From a virus, in IMG/VR virus record IMGVR_UViG_3300031857_000047, positions 1 to 64,000 of that record: a DNA stretch of 64,000 nt. The stretch is one strand, 5' to 3'. Shown here one piece after another: positions 1-8,800 of this stretch. Numbering within the stretch: the stretch's first letter is position 1; every line of letters begins with the position of its first letter. Under the pieces are notes generated by a model that had not been told where the DNA came from, searched no databases, and saw nothing but the letters and a program-made list of their open reading frames with translations. The position numbers and the translations under genes were made by a program.

Positions 1-198
1 ATGCAGATGGTTATTTCAGCCATTGCCATCATTGTGTTCCTGGGCTTGACTGCCTATGATACTCAAAAGATTCGTGAGTTGGTCACAGTAGACGGCGATA
101 CAGGTCGAGAAGAAGTCATTGGCGCACTCACACTCTACATGGACTTTATCAACCTGTTCATTCACCTGCTACAGTTGTTTGGCCTTAAGAAAGACTGA
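1..198 (+). CDS. Bax inhibitor-1/YccA family membrane protein, C-terminal part (truncated by window start)
   Basis: Hydrophobic helices with TAYDTQKI and GALTLYMDFINLF, the C-terminal signature of BI-1/YccA. Confidence 0.85.
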   Translation: MQMVISAIAIIVFLGLTAYDTQKIRELVTVDGDTGREEVIGALTLYMDFINLFIHLLQLFGLKKD

Positions 199-332
199 TG
201 TGGCGTATAAAGTATTATTTGACCACTGGTCAATTGAGATCTAGAACATTCCCAACACTAGAAGCAGCCACTAAATTTATAGTGTATTCTATATACTCTT
301 GGGATGTCTACGACTGTTATAAGATCAATTAA
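198..332 (+). CDS. Small hypothetical protein, 44 aa (MWRIKYYLTTGQLRSRTFPTLEAATKFIVYSIYSWDVYDCYKIN); not in ORF track
   Basis: ATG overlaps the upstream TGA (TGATG), the ORF fills the whole gap, and its TAA overlaps the convergent gene's stop (TTAA 329-332). Confidence 0.6.
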   Translation: MWRIKYYLTTGQLRSRTFPTLEAATKFIVYSIYSWDVYDCYKIN

Positions 333-1039
333 TCCAAAGACTGAGTCTGTTCTAGGCTCAGCTCTTGATCTTCTAGTTCGCGGATCTTGTCCGCAATTTG
401 ATCAATAAGACCTAGGTTTCGGAGTATTTTGAAAACTAGGTTTTCCACTGACCACTCTCCGGCACGTTCAAGACCTGCTTTGCGCATTTTAGTGATCTTT
501 TCTTTGACTGCACGAAGTTTTGTAAGATCTTTACTTAATAGCGCAGTTTCAATGTCGTGAATGACTGCGTCTTTTTTACGTTCCACAGCACTGTCATCTA
601 CTTCTGGTTTTATTTTCTTTGGTTCGACCAGCCATTGATTGCCAGCTATGCTATACACTCCGGTGCTGTGGTGTTCTTCTTGTTGTCCTTGAACATAACA
701 CTCAACAGGAAGACCTTTGATGGTTATGTTGTGTTGTTCGCCCCAGAGTGCCTTTTTGGCATTGAATAGTTCACGATCGTTGTCACTGACAGCACCCTTG
801 ACAATTATGTGTAGATCTAGGTCACTGTGCTCAGTCCACGTATAATTGGCATTTGATCCTGTTATTGTGTAATCTACTACATCTAGGTCAACGCCGATGA
901 ATTCTTCAAAGGCCAGTGCTATTTCTTTGAGCTTTTGCGCCACCGCCGGGTCCAGTTCTTCACCGTCCCATATCTTGGGATTAAGACGGCGATTAACTGT
1001 GATTATATCTGATCGTTCGTGTAATTCTCTTAGACGCAT
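329..1039 (-). CDS. Pol-beta superfamily nucleotidyltransferase
   Basis: ITGSNANY...SDLDLH (GS...DxD) plus a third acidic residue in VECY; helical C-terminal domain. Confidence 0.75.
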   Translation of the reverse strand: MRLRELHERSDIITVNRRLNPKIWDGEELDPAVAQKLKEIALAFEEFIGVDLDVVDYTITGSNANYTWTEHSDLDLHIIVKGAVSDNDRELFNAKKALWGEQHNITIKGLPVECYVQGQQEEHHSTGVYSIAGNQWLVEPKKIKPEVDDSAVERKKDAVIHDIETALLSKDLTKLRAVKEKITKMRKAGLERAGEWSVENLVFKILRNLGLIDQIADKIRELEDQELSLEQTQSLD

Positions 1040-1042
1040 TCA

Positions 1043-1282
1043 TTATTTAGCCCACATCAAGTGGTAATTAGTCAATGCTTGATCATTATAGAATTCTGCA
1101 ATTAAACGACAGTGCATGTCGTTTCTTTCTAGTACCAATTGACAGATATTTTCAGGTTGTTTTAACAACCAGTTAGTATGATCTAATCCAATTGTTTTGT
1201 GTACTTTGGGCCAATCTATTGCTATGTATTCGCCCTCTTCAGGCAACCACTTTAATAATTCTACTCGTTTAGTCTTCATCAC
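1043..1282 (-). CDS. Hypothetical protein
   Basis: 79-aa ORF overlapping the helicase stop and filling the gap. Confidence 0.6.
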   Translation of the reverse strand: MMKTKRVELLKWLPEEGEYIAIDWPKVHKTIGLDHTNWLLKQPENICQLVLERNDMHCRLIAEFYNDQALTNYHLMWAK

Positions 1283-2705
1283 CGAACTGCTTGTTTAAAA
1301 TCTCACGCATCTTAGAACTTTCAACTGTGGCTCTAATCTTGCCTACAGGAGCTCCTTGTGTAGGATCGTGAATGACCCCATCATCGTCAATGCGACTTTG
1401 TATGGTACTGCGAGCCTTGATACTTTCAATAATACTCGAACTACCTCGACTTGTTGCACCGTTATTTTCTTGTTCATCTTCTGGCAGGTCTGAGATTCGA
1501 AGACTTTCTAGATTAAACTCTAGATCAATCTTCATGCCAACTCCGCTCGATGAACGTGTCTTCATCAATTGAATTTGATAGCGTCCACGCTCACGCATGG
1601 CCCTTGATGTAAAGATACCAAACACGTTGTCTGCTGTTTGAATCTTACTTAGTCCACCTGAGATATGACTGTGATCAAACTCAACTTCTTCTACAGCACC
1701 ACGATTCAACTGGGCGGCTGTGACGAACACACAGTTCTTTTCTACTGCTAGATTACGCAATTCTTCTGACACATACTTGTCTTTAATAAACAGGTCTGCT
1801 GGGCTGATCTTCTTGCTCACAGGCATTAACAAGTCTAGGTAGTCAACTAACAGCACATCTACTTTCTTGCCCACTTTGATTTCATATTCTTTCAAGTATG
1901 CACGAATGTCATTAGCAGTCTTGCCACTTGGCATATATTTGACCTGTAGCAATCCTGCTTTTTTACCAATAATCTTGACCTTCATTTCAACGTCGTCGAT
2001 GTCTTTGAAAATATCTTTAGTTGACGTTCCTGTCAGCATGGCATCGATACGCATACTAACCAGTGCTTCTGAAAGTTCAAGTGTTAGATAAACAACATTA
2101 AGACCCATCAAGGCCCAGTTAACTCCTAGATTAGCCAAGAACAAAGATTTACCTGCACCTGAGCCACCTGCAAAGATATTGAGTTCTCCTCTGTTCATAC
2201 CGCCAAACAGTTTACGATCCATACAAGGCCATCCAGTTGATACCTGTCCGTTCTTGTCTTTGATGCCCATCAATCGACCACGAGGATCAGCAAAGTAGTC
2301 TGTTCCCATATCACGAGCAAGACCAATTTGGACGGCTTCTTTAATTAGGACTTCTACTGCACCGTAGTCATGTTTTTCAAGTAATTCGGCTGATTCAATA
2401 ATTGCACGTTCAAGAGCCTTGTGTTGAGTAAACTTTTCAAACTCATCCATAAACCAATCCATGTGGCCTTCTTTAAGGTCATCGGGTCGTTTAAGTTCGG
2501 TTCTGCAAGTGGCATTGACCATTTCATAGTCTGGTAATACATTGTAGCCTTTGGCATACTCGTGGATGAATTCTGCCGCATCTTGTAGTTTACGATCAAA
2601 TAGGCTGTGATCAAAAATACCCTGACAGCGAACAAATACTTCTGCATCTGCCAGCATGAGTTCAAGATATAATTTTTGTACTTCGTAGTCGTATGTCTTT
2701 ATCAT
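1269..2705 (-). CDS. 41: Replicative DnaB-like helicase (T4 gp41-like)
   Basis: Walker A GGSGAGKS, LLVDYLDL, TAAQLNR, KTRSS motifs. Confidence 0.92.
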   Translation of the reverse strand: MIKTYDYEVQKLYLELMLADAEVFVRCQGIFDHSLFDRKLQDAAEFIHEYAKGYNVLPDYEMVNATCRTELKRPDDLKEGHMDWFMDEFEKFTQHKALERAIIESAELLEKHDYGAVEVLIKEAVQIGLARDMGTDYFADPRGRLMGIKDKNGQVSTGWPCMDRKLFGGMNRGELNIFAGGSGAGKSLFLANLGVNWALMGLNVVYLTLELSEALVSMRIDAMLTGTSTKDIFKDIDDVEMKVKIIGKKAGLLQVKYMPSGKTANDIRAYLKEYEIKVGKKVDVLLVDYLDLLMPVSKKISPADLFIKDKYVSEELRNLAVEKNCVFVTAAQLNRGAVEEVEFDHSHISGGLSKIQTADNVFGIFTSRAMRERGRYQIQLMKTRSSSGVGMKIDLEFNLESLRISDLPEDEQENNGATSRGSSSIIESIKARSTIQSRIDDDGVIHDPTQGAPVGKIRATVESSKMREILNKQFGDED

Positions 2706-2710
2706 AATAT

Positions 2711-2740
2711 ATTATACACTAATTGCTAGGTGTTTTGCAA
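2711..2740 (-). promoter_or_regulatory. Sigma70-type promoter of helicase (TTGCAA-N18-TATAAT, 5 nt before ATG)
   Basis: Read directly on the minus strand; no room for a Shine-Dalgarno. Confidence 0.55.
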
Positions 2741-3665
2741 CACCAAAGTCATAATTCCATTCACGTTGTTTGGTATGATATAATACTGCACCTACACTAG
2801 AACTGGGATCTCCGGGATTAGACAATGACCAACGATACCGCCACATAGGTTCGACTATTTTTTTGTTGGCCGCTGAATTCATTGCACATCCACCCATGTA
2901 GACTAGACTGTCTGCACCCGTTAGTTCTTTAGCCTTGTACATGATCTTGGCAACTTCTAATTCGAATCGTTCTTGTACGGCTGCTGCTAGATCGTGTACA
3001 TCTTGCAAACCCATGCAGTCTATGCCCCAATTCCCAACTCCGCGATGGAAGTTATAATTAATATCAATAGGTCCATTTTTTCCAAAGTATAAATCTAAAC
3101 TGCTTCTAAATCGGACCGGATCGCCCTTCTCTGCCATTTGTTGCAATAGGTATTCATCTTGTATTGGAGTCATCCCTAGCATTTGTGTGAATGCTGAATA
3201 GAATAAACCAAGACTGTTAGGATAACTTTTTGACCATACTTTTTTCATTTCGCCGTGTAGGCCTTGCCAAATGGTGGCACATTCAAATTCGCCTATCGCA
3301 TCAAGCACTACAATAGCACAATGATTGAAAGGACTGGTATAGTAGCCTGCGGCAGCGTGACTGGCATGATGTGATGTATAGGTAATCGGTGCGTAGCCAA
3401 TTCTTATATTTTTTAGATATCGACTTGGTAATACACTTAGATCAAATGCTCTACTGTATTGTCCAGCTTTTACTTGCCTTGCTTTTTTAATCCAAGGCCG
3501 TTCGTACCAAAATATTCTATCAGGAGATCCTAAATGAAATGCTTCAAAAATAGCATTTCTATCGAGTGTATCTTCTTTAGAACTACGATTAGATATTAGT
3601 TTGCCGTCTTTAAAAACAGCAAGACTATTACCGTGATTAAGGGCATTTACCCCCCACGCAATCAT
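2712..3665 (-). CDS. NodU/CmcH-family carbamoyltransferase, N-terminal (Kae1-like) domain only
   Basis: HHASHAAAGYY, VLDAIGE, SLGLFYS, GGCAMN, PGD motifs; the C-terminal GPRALGNRS domain is absent. Confidence 0.8.
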   Translation of the reverse strand: MIAWGVNALNHGNSLAVFKDGKLISNRSSKEDTLDRNAIFEAFHLGSPDRIFWYERPWIKKARQVKAGQYSRAFDLSVLPSRYLKNIRIGYAPITYTSHHASHAAAGYYTSPFNHCAIVVLDAIGEFECATIWQGLHGEMKKVWSKSYPNSLGLFYSAFTQMLGMTPIQDEYLLQQMAEKGDPVRFRSSLDLYFGKNGPIDINYNFHRGVGNWGIDCMGLQDVHDLAAAVQERFELEVAKIMYKAKELTGADSLVYMGGCAMNSAANKKIVEPMWRYRWSLSNPGDPSSSVGAVLYHTKQREWNYDFGVAKHLAISV

Positions 3666-3778
3666 TTGTAGATAAATGGATCACGTTTACGCAATTCTTC
3701 TAAACGTTTTTTCCATGCCTTGCGTTCTTGATATTTGTGCCACGGATATAAAATAAAATCTAATATTTTTTTAATCAC
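3662..3778 (-). CDS. 38-aa basic peptide (MIKKILDFILYPWHKYQERKAWKKRLEELRKRDPFIYK); not in ORF track
   Basis: GTG start overlaps the primase stop, TGA overlaps the carbamoyltransferase ATG (ATGA), and it fills the gap exactly. Confidence 0.7.
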   Translation of the reverse strand: MIKKILDFILYPWHKYQERKAWKKRLEELRKRDPFIYK

Positions 3779-4793
3779 TTTGATTCTCCAATAATGCTAT
3801 TTTGTTTAGCATCTTTCTTTTTTCAATTTCGATCTTTGCTGGATTTGCTGTTGCAGTTTTTATAGCATCAACCACAACAAATAACTTTCCATATTTAAGT
3901 ACTGCGTCTGCACAATCTTTAACTGTGTCGTCCCAAGTGGGAAATGCAATAGACCACCCTAGTTTTTTAGCTTGATCTATTAACATTGTGCCTGCTTTGT
4001 CTTGATCAGGTATAACAATCACTTCTTTACCTATATTGTTAATTATCCTTGCCTGTTGATCGGATATTTCATTAGTGAGTAATGCAACACCATCTATGCT
4101 AAGGGCATCAAACGGGCCTTCAACTACAAACAGATATCGATGTAGTTCTGATTGCTCGTCAACATTAAACACAAAGAAGGGATGTTGATCTGACAGATAT
4201 TTAGGCTTTCCTTCTCGAACCTTTCTAGCGGTATTGCCTACAATCTTGCCTTCATATTGAAATGGTATAATAACTCTATCAGCATAACCAGACAAGGGAG
4301 TCCAATAGAAATGCTTGCTAACAGGATCATATCCTCTATTAGCCACGTACTCAACTACTTCTATTAGTCGTTGTTCTTCATCGCTGGTTAATTTTGCGTC
4401 TAACCATTCTACTAAAGGCAATGCACCTTCGGGTAATGATTTTTCTGTAAAGGCGGGCTTTTCAACAAATGTTTCTGGTTGATAGTCTGTTGATTCAGTT
4501 TTAAGTGCTTCAAATATCAATTGCTTGATATCGTCGTCGTTGGCACCTAACCATTGGCACAGACTCTTAAACTTTGGAGTTATTGGGCTTCCGGGTTTCC
4601 ATCCTGTGGAGTACTTGCAATTGAAACAATTATAAACAATACTGTCATTGATAATGATACCGCCACGCTTTCTAGTATCATGAGCATGACCTCTATTATG
4701 ACAACAGGGCGCATTGAAACTAATCCAGCCACTAGGACTGGATTTTAATTTCGAAGGAAGAAGAGTTCTAAACTTATCAAGAACAAGAGTCAT
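3771..4793 (-). CDS. DNA primase (gp61/DnaG-like)
   Basis: N-terminal zinc finger (PCC...CFNC) and TOPRIM motifs VVEGPFDA, PDQDKAG, KDCAD. Confidence 0.88.
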   Translation of the reverse strand: MTLVLDKFRTLLPSKLKSSPSGWISFNAPCCHNRGHAHDTRKRGGIIINDSIVYNCFNCKYSTGWKPGSPITPKFKSLCQWLGANDDDIKQLIFEALKTESTDYQPETFVEKPAFTEKSLPEGALPLVEWLDAKLTSDEEQRLIEVVEYVANRGYDPVSKHFYWTPLSGYADRVIIPFQYEGKIVGNTARKVREGKPKYLSDQHPFFVFNVDEQSELHRYLFVVEGPFDALSIDGVALLTNEISDQQARIINNIGKEVIVIPDQDKAGTMLIDQAKKLGWSIAFPTWDDTVKDCADAVLKYGKLFVVVDAIKTATANPAKIEIEKRKMLNKIALLENQSD

Positions 4794-4799
4794 GTATAC

Positions 4800-4828
4800 A
4801 GTATACTATCTATATAGTATGCTGTCAA
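4800..4828 (-). promoter_or_regulatory. Sigma70-type promoter of primase (TTGACA-N17-TATACT, 6 nt before ATG)
   Basis: Consensus -35, 17-nt spacer, near-consensus -10. Confidence 0.75.
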
Positions 4829-5618
4829 CAGTTCCTATGTTTGATAATTCCGGAATGTGTTTAATCCTAAACCAATTATATTTTCCAACAATATTTTGAT
4901 AGACAATTGGATCCATAGTAGCAGTAATTGTTTCTAAATCTACCCAACGTTCTGGATTACCGCCTGCACTTTGACTACCTTGTATAATGATATCTCCATT
5001 ATAGTTTGTTGTGTTAATTTGGAATGTGTGTAGACTTTGCGGTGTACCGTATTGCGGTTGTGCGTTAATAATACCACTGATAAAATACAACCGTGTTGCT
5101 GGATCGTAGGGTTGGTAGTTTTTAAATTCTTTGATTACAACGCTGTCTACAGGTTCACCAAAGACATCTCCGTGAATTTCTATAGGACTAAATGCTCCGT
5201 ATTGACTGTCAATATATAAAGGATTTTTTGCAGTTGTTATGTGTGTATTGCCGTCAACTGTTCTTGTTTCTGTATTAACAGAGTATTGGTAAAAGCCAGG
5301 TTCTATGTTGGCTAATTCAGCATTAGATAAAATAACATATGCCCTTCCACTTGCAGCCGTTTGAATTACACAATCTTTTTGTAATATGAGTTCTTTAGAT
5401 TCCCTGTTAACTAGATTAAACACTAGATATGATCCTGTGATATCCTGGGCCTTCTGGTCAGAATTTCGTACCTGTAGGTCTACCCTATTATCAACACCAC
5501 GATGGATTTTTAAATTGCGATTATACACTCTACGATACCTCTCTGTTTGCCAGGCGGCTAACGTATTAGTAAATACGTCTATCTTATTTGGATATAAATA
5601 AACTGAAATGAGTTGCAT
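4806..5618 (-). CDS. Hypothetical beta-rich protein, probably virion-associated
   Basis: 270-aa ORF with Ig-like strand pattern; TAAATA motif upstream at 5639-5644. Confidence 0.55.
   Translation of the reverse strand: MQLISVYLYPNKIDVFTNTLAAWQTERYRRVYNRNLKIHRGVDNRVDLQVRNSDQKAQDITGSYLVFNLVNRESKELILQKDCVIQTAASGRAYVILSNAELANIEPGFYQYSVNTETRTVDGNTHITTAKNPLYIDSQYGAFSPIEIHGDVFGEPVDSVVIKEFKNYQPYDPATRLYFISGIINAQPQYGTPQSLHTFQINTTNYNGDIIIQGSQSAGGNPERWVDLETITATMDPIVYQNIVGKYNWFRIKHIPELSNIGTVDSILYR
5593..5600 (+). promoter_or_regulatory. T4 late promoter consensus TATAAATA upstream of ORF 5648
   Basis: Exact T4 late consensus, lying inside the 5' end of the opposite-strand gene. Confidence 0.45.
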
Positions 5619-5647
5619 ACACTAGCGGACCTTTACAATATTTATCT

Positions 5648-6019
5648 ATGAGAATCACAGAAAATTTACAAGAAAACTTTCCCTTTATAAGTGTCGTAAA
5701 CCACGTAGATCAGGAATACGTGGGCATAATTATCAACCAAGATTCTGCTATCACAAGCATGTATGATTATACACTCATTAAGACTGATCAGGAAAAAGCT
5801 AAGTTTTTAGAATTAGGTGAAGTGTGGTGGTGGGAATCAAATCGTCAAATTCCTATCAATATTTTCTTGTTAAGAGAAATACACGGATTTAGATATGCTA
5901 TTAGAAATTTTTCCACTAAAGATACCAAAGTATTGTTTGGTCCTTGCACTAGCCTAAACGATATTATAATTAAAAGAATTAAGCGTAAATCTATTACACT
6001 AATTAGACGGCCTACTTAA
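5648..6019 (+). CDS. Hypothetical protein
   Basis: 123-aa ORF filling the gap; WWWESNRQIPI motif. Confidence 0.7.
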   Translation: MRITENLQENFPFISVVNHVDQEYVGIIINQDSAITSMYDYTLIKTDQEKAKFLELGEVWWWESNRQIPINIFLLREIHGFRYAIRNFSTKDTKVLFGPCTSLNDIIIKRIKRKSITLIRRPT

Positions 6020-6572
6020 CACCAATAATCATTACACGATTAAAGGCCTTATCTTCAAATTCAAAACGTTTTATACCGTCGTATAGTATTTCATCTAGTG
6101 GATATTTATCCATTAATTCTCGAATAGCAGACATTGGATTCACATGATCGTCGTCGATCATATCGCTGGCTTGCAAACACACTACCGTTCCTTTGGGAAT
6201 ATTTTCAAACCATAACTTTGATTGCATGTGCTCGACGCTTGAATTAATCACTATATCTGGCTTAGGTTTATATTCAAGTAAATTTATGTCAGCAGTATGC
6301 GCCTTAAACTCCCAGGCTCGATAGACCCACAAATTATTAATTGAATCTGCAATAGCTTCGCAGGAAGGATCCTGATCAAAACTTCTAACTTCTAGCACAG
6401 GTATTTTACTACGTACACGAATTAATAAATTAGCAACAGCATACCATCCTGCTAGAATCCAAATTCGATAGCCGTCTTCAATAGGCCTATGCTCTTCTAG
6501 AGTTCGTTCTAATCTTTCAACGAGCCATAGCTTTGACTGCATCTGTGCTGTACTAAATGCATCAAAATCCAT
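6012..6572 (-). CDS. Class I SAM-dependent methyltransferase-like protein
   Basis: WILAGWY (motif I-like), SFDQD, DIVINSSVEH Rossmann pattern. Confidence 0.6.
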   Translation of the reverse strand: MDFDAFSTAQMQSKLWLVERLERTLEEHRPIEDGYRIWILAGWYAVANLLIRVRSKIPVLEVRSFDQDPSCEAIADSINNLWVYRAWEFKAHTADINLLEYKPKPDIVINSSVEHMQSKLWFENIPKGTVVCLQASDMIDDDHVNPMSAIRELMDKYPLDEILYDGIKRFEFEDKAFNRVMIIGVK

Positions 6573-7150
6573 TACGCATATCCATAACTAATCTGTTCGC
6601 AAATTAAATTCATCTGCACAACAATGGCAACTGCATAGGCAGTGGCATGACTCTTCTTAAAATAATAATCACCATTCTCTGGTTTCGTCCATACTTCCTT
6701 CATGATCGTAGTCCAGTCTTTCCCAATCAGATAACGTTTGGCTGGGCGGATCATAGCAAGGACGGCAGATAATTGTTCCACGGAAGTCGGTAGGGTCTTC
6801 CGGATTATATCTCCATGCCCGTTCAAATGAAATAACAGATTTACAAAGTCGTCTTGTTCCAATAGGTCCCATAGTGGTTCAGTCTCCATTAATTGAACTA
6901 GGTGTGTTTCGTCTCTTACACCTTTATAAATTCCAACATTAAGAAAATCTATTTTGAAATATTTTTCATCTTCTGCCTGTTCATATGGTATTGAACATAG
7001 GCCCGTGACAGGATCAACCGGCACAGGGTGCAAGTACACCCCAGTGTTATGTTTAACAAGTTTTCCGTTGTCTTTTCTACTGGCAGGGATATGTTTAAAC
7101 AAAGTTAATGCTTGATCTCTGTCTACGAAGTCTATGTCAATATCTGGCAT
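6572..7150 (-). CDS. Miniature family-C DNA polymerase (DnaE alpha) catalytic fragment
   Basis: PDIDIDF, KHNTGV, KIDFL, LAMIRP, YYFKKSHATAYA occur in DnaE order in only 192 aa. Confidence 0.82.
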   Translation of the reverse strand: MPDIDIDFVDRDQALTLFKHIPASRKDNGKLVKHNTGVYLHPVPVDPVTGLCSIPYEQAEDEKYFKIDFLNVGIYKGVRDETHLVQLMETEPLWDLLEQDDFVNLLFHLNGHGDIIRKTLPTSVEQLSAVLAMIRPAKRYLIGKDWTTIMKEVWTKPENGDYYFKKSHATAYAVAIVVQMNLICEQISYGYA

Positions 7151-7398
7151 TAATTTAGCCTTGTGGTTTCAAAAAGTAATAATGGTAATGTGTCTGCTAA
7201 AAATTGTGCATATTCTTCAGCATCCTCGTGATCGTTAAATCCCGAAAATTTTACATAGACATCGTCGGAGTCGTCAGCAACTACTACTTCGATGTCAACT
7301 TCATCACTGGAGATATGTTCTTCATTTTCAGCCAAGTCTACTTCTTCATCTTCTACAATTTCAGGTTTTGGCTCTTCTCGTCGCTTCTTAAAAATCAT
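7150..7398 (-). CDS. Acidic hypothetical protein
   Basis: 82-aa ORF coupled to both neighbours. Confidence 0.65.
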   Translation of the reverse strand: MIFKKRREEPKPEIVEDEEVDLAENEEHISSDEVDIEVVVADDSDDVYVKFSGFNDHEDAEEYAQFLADTLPLLLFETTRLN

Positions 7399-8081
7399 AA
7401 TATTTTCGCCTCCTTGATGACGTCTTTAACTAACTCTACATCTGCAGGCAAAGATTTAAAACGTCGAGACCAATGATTAGGATCAATAACTGGTCCAATT
7501 ATTTCTAACTGTTCGTCATTCATACGTTTTAACATTTCTTTTCCTGACTTGCTATTTAACACCATCCAAGGACTTATTAAACCCTCTTTAATATCATGCG
7601 TAGCTCTGTTTAAATTAACATATTGGAAGTAATGCTCCCAAGGAGCATTACTAGACTCACTCCAATCCATCATAGTTTTAATAGTTCTCTGTATTGCACC
7701 GTCTGCTGGTTCTATCTTGATTAGTTCACTGACGTATGTATCATACATCTCATCTCGGCACCAGTGATCTAATTTAATTCCACTCTTGATCACAAAGTCA
7801 ATGAATCTTTCTGGGTATATGGGATTAGTATTAACTAAAAAACTACCAAACTTTATAAAAGCTGTGTAATAGGGACTAGATGCAAATTCGTCAAATGTTT
7901 TAGCCTGTTTGGCCTTCTGCGTAAGTTCATAAAATCGTTGATAGGTTAATAAACCAGCTTGAACGTGCCTTTCACTTTTTGACATGTGCCGGCGTTTTTG
8001 TTCGCAGATATGCACTACCAAAGTTTTTTCTTTGGCAAACAACTTATTACAGTATTCGCACTTATAATTTAATGTCTGCAA
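7395..8081 (-). CDS. Hypothetical protein with N-terminal zinc finger
   Basis: YKCEYC...HIC motif; likely start is the TTG at 8081 (ORF track extends to 8114). Confidence 0.65.
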   Translation of the reverse strand: MQTLNYKCEYCNKLFAKEKTLVVHICEQKRRHMSKSERHVQAGLLTYQRFYELTQKAKQAKTFDEFASSPYYTAFIKFGSFLVNTNPIYPERFIDFVIKSGIKLDHWCRDEMYDTYVSELIKIEPADGAIQRTIKTMMDWSESSNAPWEHYFQYVNLNRATHDIKEGLISPWMVLNSKSGKEMLKRMNDEQLEIIGPVIDPNHWSRRFKSLPADVELVKDVIKEAKIL

Positions 8082-8541
8082 TTTGCTTTTTGTCCCAACC
8101 AAGGTCCTTAGCATACTCTTTAATCTCTTTGTCTGTGGTTATTGCAGCAAGTGTTTCTACATCCAACATTTTCATATTAGGAAACATCTCTGCTAAAAAC
8201 TTTTCTTTTTTATTTGTTTCTTTCTTTAGAGGAATATATTCTCTGTAGTGAGTTTTTCCATCTCCGCGACTGCATACACACAATGACTGCCAAACTAATT
8301 TAGGATGTTTTTGAATAGCGTTCCAATTTTTATTGTAGTATTCGTTAACAGTTAAAATAAAATGTTCTAGAACTTCAGGATCTCGAGACTTTGGAGCACT
8401 TATCCAACGATTAAGATTCCAAAAGTCGCCCTTAAGTTCTTTTCGTCCTTCATCATTAGCAGCATCCCATAAATCCTTATATCCCATATCAACTGATGGA
8501 ATAATTGTGTCGAATAGATCTAAGTGTTTATTTTTTGCCAT
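8062..8541 (-). CDS. Putative clamp-loader small subunit (T4 gp62-like)
   Basis: Size and pattern (FWNLNRWIS...YIPLKK...FLAEMFP...EIKEY) resemble gp62; recognised by eye only. Confidence 0.45.
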   Translation of the reverse strand: MAKNKHLDLFDTIIPSVDMGYKDLWDAANDEGRKELKGDFWNLNRWISAPKSRDPEVLEHFILTVNEYYNKNWNAIQKHPKLVWQSLCVCSRGDGKTHYREYIPLKKETNKKEKFLAEMFPNMKMLDVETLAAITTDKEIKEYAKDLGWDKKQIADIKL

Positions 8542-8800
8542 TATCTTTACTCAAGTGATAAAGTATTATACACTGATCTAAGGCATGTTGCAAGGCCGGA
8601 TTTGTTTTTGCTACCATTCTAATTTCTCTCCAAATAAGAGATTCTTTTGATTCTAAATAGGTTGCCTTGCCGTCGCCTGGCTTATTAGGACCATAGTTCC
8701 AACCGATAGCAATTTTATCGGTAGTACCTTCTTCAGTGGCATATACAACACCATCTTGGTGCTCGTATACATAAGTTGCACCTGGTTTAAGATTTCCCAT
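8528..8800 (-). CDS. Hypothetical protein
   Basis: Likely starts at MGNLKPG (8800), coupled to the cupin gene. Confidence 0.6.
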   Translation of the reverse strand: MGNLKPGATYVYEHQDGVVYATEEGTTDKIAIGWNYGPNKPGDGKATYLESKESLIWREIRMVAKTNPALQHALDQCIILYHLSKDNGKK

